Positions 1 through 8,329 of a stretch of 24,000 nucleotides of DNA are shown piece after piece (the stretch's first letter is position 1; every line of letters starts with the position of its first letter). Made by a program: the position numbers and the translations under genes. The notes under the pieces were generated by a model. That model did no database searches. It was not told the DNA's origin and saw only the letters and a program-made list of their open reading frames with translations. The stretch spans positions 1 to 24,000 of the forward strand of contig JBMFSM010000003.1 in the NCBI GenBank assembly GCA_049967555.1, in the 5' to 3' direction. The DNA is from Candidatus Micrarchaeia archaeon (GTDB lineage Archaea > Micrarchaeota > Micrarchaeia > Micrarchaeales > CABMGC01).

Positions 1-52
1 GATTTTCAACAATTGCAAAGTCTAATAAAAGTTAACTTCTAAATAATAAAAG

Positions 53-60
53 TTTATATA
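53..60 (+). promoter_or_regulatory. Candidate archaeal TATA box (TTTATATA) for hisS
   Basis: TTTATATA lies about 25 nt upstream of the GTG start at 81. This spacing suggests a leaderless or near-leaderless mRNA. Confidence 0.4.
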
Positions 61-80
61 TCTATTATAAAGCTCAAAAG

Positions 81-1367
81 GTGCGTGAATTGGTTGAATT
101 TTCGCTTCCTAGGGGAACTAGAGATTATAACACTAGTGAAGCCATAAAAAGAATGGAAATTATAAAATTTATAGAAGATGTGTTTAAGCTCTTTGGTTTT
201 TCTCCGATAGAGACCCCAACAATTGAAAATTTAAATACACTTTATGCCAAAACATACGGGGAGGAATCTGGCAAAGAGATATATAAAATAGAGGGAGAGG
301 CAGCAGCGCTGAGATATGATTTTACTGTTCCGCTCGCCAGATTCATAGCAATGAATAGGGATATTCCAATGCCATTCAAGCGCTATCAGATAGGGTCTAT
401 ATTTAGAAAAGATGAACCGCAAAGAATGAGATATAGAGAGTTTGTACAAGCAGATGTGGATATTGTAGGAAGCAATGAAATTATAAGCGATGTTGAAGTT
501 ATAGCACTTGCTGCTCAAATTTTAGATAAGCTTGGCGTAAGGGATTATAAGATACTCATAAACAGTAGGCTTATACTTAAGGGTATTCTTAAATTTTACG
601 GAATGAAAGAAGAAAACGAAGCAAATGCTATAAGAATACTTGATAAAATGTACAAACTAGGGAAGGATGAGGTTATAAAAGGGATATCGCAGCTTGGCCT
701 GCCACAGGATAAGACTGAGGCATTGATCGAGTTCCTTGTCGAGCAGAAAAGCAATGAGGAAAATATTAAAAAAATAAAATCCAATATAGGGCTTGATGAA
801 GAATTAAAGAGAATTGAGGAACTAATAAATCTTCTTGGAAAATACAGGATAAGTGGTGAGATTGTATTTGATCTAACACTTGCAAGAGGCATTGACTATT
901 ATACAAGTTTTGTATGGGAATTTGTAAAGTATGATGAAAGCGGTAAGAGGCTGCCTACAATAGTCGCTGGAGGCAGATATGACAACCTTATAGGTTTATT
1001 TGCAAATGAAAACATATCCGCAACAGGCATATCTATAGGTGTGGATAGAATAATCGAAGTTATTGGCATGCAATTGGAGAAAAAGACCACAGCAAGGGTA
1101 TTTGTAGCAAATATAGGAGACACTCTACCATATATGCTTGCCGTGGCCGATGCTCTTAGAAGTGCAGGCATATGCACGGATATAAATTTGACAAAAAGAG
1201 GCATATCTAAACAACTTGAATATGCGAATGCACTTAAATTTAGATATGTGGTAATAGTTGGCGAAAGCGAACAGGCAGCAAGCAAGGTTAAGCTCAGAGA
1301 TATGATTTCTGGAAATGAGGAGTTACTGAATTTGAGTGAGACTGTAAAAATATTAAAGGGTGATTAA
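81..1367 (+). CDS. hisS: Histidyl-tRNA synthetase (class II aaRS)
   Basis: 428 aa with a GTG start. HisRS hallmarks seen: LPRGTRDY near the N-terminus, RYDFTVPLARF, motif 2 FRKDEPQRMRYREFVQADVDIVG, GGRYDNL, and motif 3 ATGISIGVDRI. A complete C-terminal anticodon-binding domain is present. Confidence 0.92.
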   Translation: MRELVEFSLPRGTRDYNTSEAIKRMEIIKFIEDVFKLFGFSPIETPTIENLNTLYAKTYGEESGKEIYKIEGEAAALRYDFTVPLARFIAMNRDIPMPFKRYQIGSIFRKDEPQRMRYREFVQADVDIVGSNEIISDVEVIALAAQILDKLGVRDYKILINSRLILKGILKFYGMKEENEANAIRILDKMYKLGKDEVIKGISQLGLPQDKTEALIEFLVEQKSNEENIKKIKSNIGLDEELKRIEELINLLGKYRISGEIVFDLTLARGIDYYTSFVWEFVKYDESGKRLPTIVAGGRYDNLIGLFANENISATGISIGVDRIIEVIGMQLEKKTTARVFVANIGDTLPYMLAVADALRSAGICTDINLTKRGISKQLEYANALKFRYVVIVGESEQAASKVKLRDMISGNEELLNLSETVKILKGD

Positions 1368-1445
1368 ATAAAGAAAAGTGAGGTTGAAGAGGTAACAAAA
1401 AAAACACTTGACGACGGTGGAATCCTAGCTAAGCTTTATTTTGAC

Positions 1446-1886
1446 ATGCAGAGTGAAAAGATAGATGATCTGCAACCGCTCATGACGGAGTTGATAAACA
1501 ACAACATAATGAAGATGAATGGTGTTATCTATTGCTACGGAAGTATAGATGAGCCTATAAAAATAGATGATACAACATATTCTACAAGTGCCATGCTTAC
1601 TGTACTTTTCAAAAATTTTGGCTCGCTTATAAATCTCTCATTCAATTATCCACCTGCCGGTATAGAAATACTCAGGCCCAGCGGAGAATACACACTAAAG
1701 ACAAGCCAAATGCAGTCCATAATATTGGACATCGCACAAATATCTCTAAACTATACCCAGTATATATTGGAAAAGACTCTTTCCCCTGAAGACTTTAAGA
1801 AGATAAAGGAAACGCTTGAAAGGCGCGAAAAGCTCGGAAGAGAAATAATAGAAAAATCTAAGAAAGAGGATGGCGACGAGCATTAA
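1446..1886 (+). CDS. Hypothetical protein with a Lys/Glu-rich C-terminal helix; no family recognised
   Basis: 146-aa ORF with coding-like composition. It lies in the same frame as hisS, and the 26 codons between the two are stop-free. No in-frame ATG/GTG/TTG occurs upstream of 1446. Confidence 0.55.
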   Translation: MQSEKIDDLQPLMTELINNNIMKMNGVIYCYGSIDEPIKIDDTTYSTSAMLTVLFKNFGSLINLSFNYPPAGIEILRPSGEYTLKTSQMQSIILDIAQISLNYTQYILEKTLSPEDFKKIKETLERREKLGREIIEKSKKEDGDEH

Positions 1887-1903
1887 GCTTTTTCAAAGAA
1901 AAA

Positions 1904-2980
1904 TCAGTTTTTTCTGAGGAAAAACCTCTTTATAATGAGCGAGGGGCTGTCCATATCTCCATACTTCGAGAGGAAATTCTCAATCCCGAGAGTTTTTGTC
2001 GCTGTTGCTAAGAAATCAAGTATGTTGTCGTTAGGGGATGAATATAAATAATGTATGATTCTATGCAACTTCATATCCTTCCCAAACTTTTTTCTCCATT
2101 GTTTTTCATAATTTTCCAAGGGGCTCCCATATTCTAGATATTTGCTAATTGCATCAGAGGCGATAATTGCTGCATTACCGCCAAATATTATTCCTCCGCC
2201 TGTAGAGCTTTTCACCTGGCCTGCAGCATCGCCTACGAGCAGGCTTTTTTTATCGCCATATACAAATCTTTTTCTAAGCGAGATTGGTATTATCCCTCCG
2301 CCCTCGACTAATGGTTTACCCTTTATAAAATTCTTTACCTCTTTCTTTGCCAAAAAATTTTTGTATGCCTCAATCCCTTTTCCATATCTTTCTTCAATCC
2401 CTGCGCCTACTTCCACTTTGTCACCATGAGGGGCTATCCATCCAAAAAAACCTTTCATTATGCTATTGTCAAAGAAAATCTCCACATTATCCATATCTTC
2501 ACGTGCAGTGTACTCTGCTCTAAATGTCAATACATACCTCCTTATAGGGGGAAATTTATAATATCTTGCAACCTGCGAAGCAACGCCCTCTGCTCCAACA
2601 ACTATACCTTTAAGCCTGCTTATTTCGCTCTTTTCAAGCGCATGCGCAAATTCAATATTCGCTCCGTTGCCTACTGCTTCGCCATAAAGTTCTTCTGCTA
2701 AAAGAGTTCTGTCAACCACATAAGCCTGTGGCTTTTTTGAATGTATATGTAGCGATGTTTTGCAGAAATGTATATTAGCGCCATAAAGTTTGTTAAGCAC
2801 GCAATCCTTGTAGTTGATTTTTAAGCTGTCAAGCCCTTTGACAGATAAGATCCCGGAACTCCCATATATCGGCAGAATTTTCTTCTTTCTTTCAAGTATG
2901 TGTACGCCTATCCCTAGCTTTGCAAGCTCCCTTGCCAGTATCAATCCACTGCTACCTGCACCAGCTATTATAATTTTCAT
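1904..2980 (-). CDS. Geranylgeranyl reductase family FAD-dependent oxidoreductase (archaeal lipid/isoprenoid saturation)
   Basis: 358 aa. N-terminal Rossmann motif MKIIIAGAGSSGLILA...ILERK. GGR-type motif LLVGDAAGQVKSSTGGGIIFG. Confidence 0.85.
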   Translation of the reverse strand: MKIIIAGAGSSGLILARELAKLGIGVHILERKKKILPIYGSSGILSVKGLDSLKINYKDCVLNKLYGANIHFCKTSLHIHSKKPQAYVVDRTLLAEELYGEAVGNGANIEFAHALEKSEISRLKGIVVGAEGVASQVARYYKFPPIRRYVLTFRAEYTAREDMDNVEIFFDNSIMKGFFGWIAPHGDKVEVGAGIEERYGKGIEAYKNFLAKKEVKNFIKGKPLVEGGGIIPISLRKRFVYGDKKSLLVGDAAGQVKSSTGGGIIFGGNAAIIASDAISKYLEYGSPLENYEKQWRKKFGKDMKLHRIIHYLYSSPNDNILDFLATATKTLGIENFLSKYGDMDSPSLIIKRFFLRKN

Positions 2981-2985
2981 AAAAT

Positions 2986-3313
2986 CTAATATTTAACATA
3001 GTGAGCGGGAAATCCCACACTCTTTAGAGGCGGAATAAAAGCAAACCATAGAAATTGATGGGCATTTGCTTCATCAGTTGGTGGCCTTGGCACCCTGTTC
3101 CTTTTTTCATTTGGAACAAATGACATCATACTGTTGCCGCTTGGTATGTTCTCAGTTCAGCGAGAACTGCTCCATGGACTTGGGGTCTTACACTCTCTTC
3201 ATGAGTATAGATTCCGGCGTGTCCAGCTGTATAATATAATTTTGTTGAAAAGTATATATGTTTTTTTGTTCCATGTCAATCATATCATTGTTCGCTTGGG
3301 AAGCCCACTCCAT
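2986..3313 (-). pseudogene. Possible frameshifted gene remnant, or a small ORF cluster, directly upstream of the reductase gene
   Basis: GC is about 45% in a stretch with no ORF of 60 aa or more. Three minus-strand frames each carry an open segment. The first is ATG 3313 to stop 3188 (MEWASQANNDMIDMEQKNIY...). The second is a start-less 48-codon frame (..KLYYTAGHAGIYTHEESVRPQVHGAVLAEL..). The third is a 47-aa ORF at 3129..2986 (MMSFVPNEKRNRVPRPPTDEANAHQFLWFAFIPPLKSVGFPAHYVKY) ending 5 nt before the reductase ATG. A T7/A7 homopolymer at 3261-3267 sits where frames 1 and 2 would join. Confidence 0.3.
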
Positions 3314-3405
3314 TTAGAGTGGGAAGATGCACAATAATATAGATACCTTTTATAATTTATCTAATTTAATATTCTTACAAGATTTTAGTAGTATAGGGTA
3401 AGAAA

Positions 3406-6400
3406 ATGTCTTTGCTTTTGGTAATACTTGAGGCGTTTCTCTCAATTATGGTTCCGGGATTTTTCCTAGCACTTGCTTTGCTAAAGAAGACAGCTCTCTC
3501 AATATTTGAAATTGTAATAATAGGTTTCATATTCGGGTTGATATTTCCACCAACTCTTGTTTGGCTTGAAGGCTACTTGATACCATATATACATTCATTT
3601 TCATTTTCAGAACAGCTTTATAATGCAAACGTGATGCTTCTTACTATAGTCGGAATAGTCCTATGCTTCCAGCAAGGTGTATTTAAAAAGAGCAAAGATA
3701 GCACAGAATTCGAGAGAAAAAAAGAATCAAAAGAAAAGATAAATGAGATAAGGGCAAGAATGAAAAACCTGGGCCTTGGCTTGGAGCTCATAAAAAAACA
3801 CGAAGAAGAAGAAAAAGAGCTTGAAGAAAAGCACAAAGGAGAAGCAGTTGCAATTTCGAGCCTGGGCAGCGTTGAGAAAGAGAAGATTCTCGCGCTTCAC
3901 AGCAAGGAAGAGAAAGAGCTTATAGAAGCACACGAAGCAGAGGAAAGGCTTGTTTTGGACAGGAACAGCCAAGCAAATGAAAAGAAGGAAAGTATAGATT
4001 ACATGTGGTTCTTTTTATTCTTCCTCATGTTGTTAACATTTTTAACAAGGATTGGAAATATAAGTGTAGCCCCGAGATATTTTGAATTTGACCCTTATTT
4101 TGACATGATAAGTACACAATATATACTCACATATGGCTATCAGCTTCTATACGATCATTCAGCATGGCCCACAGTTATAAATGGTACCATACATAGGATT
4201 CAACCTCTTGTCCCTTACTTAGAAGCGTATTGGTATGACATAGCAAATACGCATCCCGTTGCTGCGACAAGCATCGATACCAATCTGTTAAGTTTAGTAA
4301 GCAGCTGGTATCCTCCAATTACTGCAGCACTGCTTGTCTTTGTTGTGTTTTTCTTCCTTTATCACGAATATGGTAAGTTTCCAGCAGTAATAGGCGCAAC
4401 TTTGGCTTCTGCAATGCCTGCACTGGTTACAACATTTATTGCCGGTGAGCAGCTTCTTGAGCCTTGGGGAATATTCGCCATGTTCTTCTTTTATGCAACA
4501 TATCTTGTCGCAATAAAGTACAAAGATTCACGGCTTGCAATACTTGCAGGTATAGCTTATGCTTCAACATTCCTTGGGGCCCATTATTATACTGTAACAG
4601 CGGGTGTTCTTGCAATATATGTAATATTGCAGGGATTCATAAATGTACTTAGAAACAGGGGAATGAAAGATTTTTACAGGATAAATATAATTATCATAAT
4701 AGTTTTTTCCATTTTCTATATCCTTTACATGCCTTATTCAGCAACGCTTACAGAAAGAACACCAGCAGTTGTAGGAATACCTGTAATAATAGCTTTCCCT
4801 CTCTTTGCTCTATTGTTTGTATTCATGCTTGATTACCTATCAAAGAAATTCGGGAAAAAGCTTGAGAAAAACAACCTCCTACTAGTGCTATTTTCTGTGC
4901 TTTCTATAGTGGGTATAGGCATAATAGCCATAGAAGCATTTTCAAAGAGGCTTAAAAAAGATTCGGAAGTTCTTTCTAGATTTAGCATTGCTTCCCTTTT
5001 GTTCTTCATACTCTTTCTACTTATATTATTTACTCCTTTAGGCAAGCCTGTTGACAAGTATATGCAACTTGCTGTTCATTTTACAACGCCATCCATACCT
5101 TTGTTTATGACAGTACAAGAATATGCACCTACTGGATTCAATTTCAATTTCGGATCCGCAGGCTTTGGTATAATAGGTGAGAGCATAGGTGGTGTTGATA
5201 TAATAGTATGGCTTGTCCTAGTATTCTTTACAATATTGGAGATAATCGCAATTTACTATAGAAACTCTACAGCAAGCATACTGGCTCTTTCAGCTGTATG
5301 GCCTTTGGCAATTGCCGGAATGATCGAGGTAAAATATCTGCCACATTTCGGAGTTGGATATATAATAGCAATAGGTTCGATAGTTGGAGAACTTGCCTTG
5401 TACATAAAAAATGGCTCAAGCTTTAAGCCAAAAAATGCCGAAGTAAATCAAAAATCATTGAAAACATTGTATTATTTTGTAGCATTCGTGGCTCTTCTTG
5501 AAGCCTTTACATTTGTGCCTCTTATTTCTGCGATGGCTAATCCAAATTGCTTGAGCATAATCAATAGCAATAATTCTATTGGGTATGATATGTTCTGCAA
5601 TGTAGTGCCTAATTACTGGTTAAATGCGACTGCGTGGATGAAGGCGAACGTGGGGCCTTATGGACCTAGGATTCTTTCATGGTGGGATTATGGTGACTGG
5701 ATCAATTGGTTTGGAAATAGCAATGCCGTGCTTAGAGGAGACAATGCTGTAGCCACATTGGATTATGCCGCTGCAGCTCACCATGTACTCGGGCCTGCGG
5801 ATAATTATGGAGCAAAAGAAATGTCTTATTTCATGAATAAAATCGTTAAAGCAAAATATTTACTCCTTGACGATCAGCTTTTGCCAAAATGGGGTGCGCT
5901 TGATTTCCTCGCTTGCATTAATGTGAACAAAACTAATATGTCATTTGCAGAGAATCAAGGGAAGCTTGTCGGTAGACCTTACCTGGTAGGCACTTCTCAA
6001 TGTGAAATAAATCATGATCCAGTGCACGCCTGGATTCCTAAAATGCCAAATAATATAAATGATTATTGTAATGTAAACTCTTCAGAACCGATGGTGGTTG
6101 CAATATTGTTCGTCGGTGATCAAGAATACATAAATACCACATATTGCGTACCCACAAGTATATATAATTCCCAAAATCCAGTAAACCTATACTCTTCTAA
6201 TGGCACAGAAATAAAAAACGCATATATCGTGCCAATAAGTGAGTTCTACTATGGCAATGTAAATGTTGATAACCGGGTTTGGATAGACTTTGTAGTTTTA
6301 TATACGCCAAATGGGCCAAATTATACAATAACAAATGCACCATCTGAATTCTATAATTCAACATATTATAGAGGTTTCTTCTTGGGCGAACTTCCGGGAT

Positions 6401-6555
6401 TTACGCGTGTATATCCTAAAAACTTTGTAGGGGTAAATTACATAAATTCCACTAATCCAATAGTAATTCTTGCATTAAACAATTATACTGGTGGTTCAGC
6501 GTATGTAACACCCAAGCCAAGTTGGGTACGCAACAATTATTCAATGCCAGGATAA
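3406..6555 (+). CDS. aglB: Archaeal oligosaccharyltransferase AglB (STT3 family) with an atypical N-terminal extension
   Basis: 1049 aa and polytopic. EL1-type acidic motif FEFDPYFD at aa 226-233. Catalytic WWDYG at aa 759-763 (nt 5680-5694). Large C-terminal extracellular domain. Residues 1-198 form extra TM helices plus a Lys/Glu-rich stretch. Confidence 0.9.
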   Translation: MSLLLVILEAFLSIMVPGFFLALALLKKTALSIFEIVIIGFIFGLIFPPTLVWLEGYLIPYIHSFSFSEQLYNANVMLLTIVGIVLCFQQGVFKKSKDSTEFERKKESKEKINEIRARMKNLGLGLELIKKHEEEEKELEEKHKGEAVAISSLGSVEKEKILALHSKEEKELIEAHEAEERLVLDRNSQANEKKESIDYMWFFLFFLMLLTFLTRIGNISVAPRYFEFDPYFDMISTQYILTYGYQLLYDHSAWPTVINGTIHRIQPLVPYLEAYWYDIANTHPVAATSIDTNLLSLVSSWYPPITAALLVFVVFFFLYHEYGKFPAVIGATLASAMPALVTTFIAGEQLLEPWGIFAMFFFYATYLVAIKYKDSRLAILAGIAYASTFLGAHYYTVTAGVLAIYVILQGFINVLRNRGMKDFYRINIIIIIVFSIFYILYMPYSATLTERTPAVVGIPVIIAFPLFALLFVFMLDYLSKKFGKKLEKNNLLLVLFSVLSIVGIGIIAIEAFSKRLKKDSEVLSRFSIASLLFFILFLLILFTPLGKPVDKYMQLAVHFTTPSIPLFMTVQEYAPTGFNFNFGSAGFGIIGESIGGVDIIVWLVLVFFTILEIIAIYYRNSTASILALSAVWPLAIAGMIEVKYLPHFGVGYIIAIGSIVGELALYIKNGSSFKPKNAEVNQKSLKTLYYFVAFVALLEAFTFVPLISAMANPNCLSIINSNNSIGYDMFCNVVPNYWLNATAWMKANVGPYGPRILSWWDYGDWINWFGNSNAVLRGDNAVATLDYAAAAHHVLGPADNYGAKEMSYFMNKIVKAKYLLLDDQLLPKWGALDFLACINVNKTNMSFAENQGKLVGRPYLVGTSQCEINHDPVHAWIPKMPNNINDYCNVNSSEPMVVAILFVGDQEYINTTYCVPTSIYNSQNPVNLYSSNGTEIKNAYIVPISEFYYGNVNVDNRVWIDFVVLYTPNGPNYTITNAPSEFYNSTYYRGFFLGELPGFTRVYPKNFVGVNYINSTNPIVILALNNYTGGSAYVTPKPSWVRNNYSMPG

Positions 6556-6708
6556 TATCTGCATTAATATATAACCCATTTGTTGTATAGAAATCACATA
6601 ATGCCTGCATTCTGTTGAGTTTGCATCTTCATATGTTACCTTTTATAAATTAATTTCAATATATATCTACAAGATATATCCGCATAGCATATTTGAAGAT
6701 GTGGTCTA

Positions 6709-7836
6709 ATGAAATTATTAATAATCCAACCATACCTTAACCTAAGAGGAGGGGCAGAAAGGGTAATACTCAGCATAGCTAGGCATTATGATGCAAAAAT
6801 ATATACAACAGAATATAACAAGAGGACAACTTTCCAAGAATTTAGAGATTTTGATATAAAGGTTGTTAAAAAACACATACCTTTATCAGACAAGCTCCCA
6901 TACAGAGCCTCACAAGGGCTTAGATATGGGTATACTTTTTACAATCTGGCGCTTAAAGAGGACTATGATTTAATAAATGCCCATATCTCTCCAAGTGAAT
7001 GGATAAGGCATAAGAACAAAAGGGTTTTGTGGTACTGTCATACACCACCAAGAGAGGTTTATGATCTGTATTCTGAGAGAATGAAAAACAGAAATTACAC
7101 TGAAAAATTTGTTTATGCAACTTTCACAAGGGCATACAAATTCATTACAGAAGGCATAATCAAAGAAATAGAAGGTATAGCCACAAATAGCGAAAATACA
7201 GCTTCAAGGATTAAAAAATATTTCAACAGGGATGCCGAAATTATAAATCCTGCGGTAGATTTTGAAAATTTTTCCAACAAGGGAGATGAAAAGTACTTTT
7301 TTTATCCCTCTAGAATTATACCAAACAAGAGGCAGGAGTATGCGATAAATGCATTTAAAAAATTTGAAAAAAAGAAAGAAGGTTATAAGCTCATAATTGC
7401 TGGCACACTTTCAAACGATATCGAGCACATAAAATATTTTGAAAAGCTAAAGAAAATGGCAGATAGCAGGATTGAATTCAAGATCAATATTGGCGATGCC
7501 AAGCTGAAGGAGCTATACGCAGGTTCTACTGCTGTGCTTTTCACAGCAATAAATGAGGATTATGGTTATATTCCGCTGGAAGCCATGGCAAGTTCAAAGC
7601 CAATAATATCAGTAAATGAAGGAGGTCCAAGAGAAACTATAATAAACGGAAAGACGGGTTTCATTACAAATTCAGAAGAGGAGATGGCAGAGAAGATGCT
7701 TTTTGTTGCAGAGCATCCAGATACAGCAGAAAAGATGGGCAAGCTTGGCAGAGAGAATGTAGAAAAAAACTACTCTTGGAATATGTTCTTCAAAAAATTT
7801 GACAGGCTTGCAAATCAAATAGCAAAATCTGATTAG
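6709..7836 (+). CDS. Group 1 (GT4-type) glycosyltransferase
   Basis: 375 aa. C-terminal Glycos_transf_1 signature with EX7E (EDYGYIPLEAMA), followed by KPIISVNEGGPRETI and GKTGF. Adjacent to aglB. Confidence 0.85.
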   Translation: MKLLIIQPYLNLRGGAERVILSIARHYDAKIYTTEYNKRTTFQEFRDFDIKVVKKHIPLSDKLPYRASQGLRYGYTFYNLALKEDYDLINAHISPSEWIRHKNKRVLWYCHTPPREVYDLYSERMKNRNYTEKFVYATFTRAYKFITEGIIKEIEGIATNSENTASRIKKYFNRDAEIINPAVDFENFSNKGDEKYFFYPSRIIPNKRQEYAINAFKKFEKKKEGYKLIIAGTLSNDIEHIKYFEKLKKMADSRIEFKINIGDAKLKELYAGSTAVLFTAINEDYGYIPLEAMASSKPIISVNEGGPRETIINGKTGFITNSEEEMAEKMLFVAEHPDTAEKMGKLGRENVEKNYSWNMFFKKFDRLANQIAKSD

Positions 7837-8138
7837 GACTGAATATCATCAATCACATATTTTGATATTATCTTCGCAGCGTAAGCGAGAACTTTTTTAA
7901 TATCTGCTTCCGTACTTGATCCTGTGCATATGAGTTTGCCATTCTTAAAAAGTATTATCACAGCCTTTGGATCCTTTATCCTAAATATTGCGCCAGGAAA
8001 CTGCTCTGGCTCATAATCAACTTCTTTAACATTTCTAGAGAGATCATAAAGATTTATAGTTGCATGGAAATCAGCACTAACAACTATATTCTGAATCTTT
8101 ATGGCAGGTTTCAGGTTAAGTGTTCGTTTCTGCTCCAT
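7833..8138 (-). CDS. Single-repeat (monopartite) TATA-binding-protein domain protein
   Basis: 101 aa. The stretch IKIQNIVVSADF..NL.....VDYEPEQFPGAIFRIKDPKAVIILFKNGKLICTGSSTEADIKKV matches one TBP repeat, and looks closest to the C-terminal repeat of archaeal TBPs. The upstream 190 bp is about 20% GC, non-coding and holds no second repeat. Its stop overlaps the stop of the convergent GT4 gene. Confidence 0.8.
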   Translation of the reverse strand: MEQKRTLNLKPAIKIQNIVVSADFHATINLYDLSRNVKEVDYEPEQFPGAIFRIKDPKAVIILFKNGKLICTGSSTEADIKKVLAYAAKIISKYVIDDIQS

Positions 8139-8150
8139 ATAAATCTATAT

Positions 8151-8163
8151 TTATTTTTAAATA
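8151..8163 (-). promoter_or_regulatory. Candidate TATA box for the single-repeat TBP gene
   Basis: The minus strand reads CCTTATTTAAAAATAAATATAGATTTAT-ATG. The TTTAAAAATA element is centred about 20-25 nt upstream of the ATG at 8138. Confidence 0.4.
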
Positions 8164-8329
8164 AGGATTTATTAATCTTTGCAATTTTATCTGGCAGTAT
8201 ATTTTACTGAATCAAACGATTGTCTAAACGAAAAATAAATTTCAGTATTCCAACTATCTAAAAATAAACTAATCTTGTATCAAAATGGCTGTATTTCTAG
8301 AATTGAACTATATTAGAGATAATAAGATT

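Noticed and set aside
3134-3337. A 67-aa + strand ORF (TTG start) in the reductase-aglB spacer.
   Set aside because: It has no motif, no SD or TATA in a sensible position, and an odd composition. The minus-strand frames of the same region look more gene-like, so I treat the region as a remnant or an unknown element instead.
2981-3405. RNase P RNA or SRP RNA in the two GC-rich spacers (2981-3405 and 11574-11871).
   Set aside because: I searched both strands by eye for CR-I (GGAAAGUCC), CR-V (ACAGAA..GGCUUA) and the SRP helix-8 GGAA/AGCA motifs. Only weak partial resemblances turned up (GGGAAATCCCAC, GCAGAAAGCCCAC), with no matching P4 partner strand.
3618-3972. Two minus-strand ORFs (3618-3836 and 3727-3972) with poly-Phe/Ser translations.
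   Set aside because: They are the antisense of the purine-rich Lys/Glu-coding stretch of aglB, so they are a compositional artefact.
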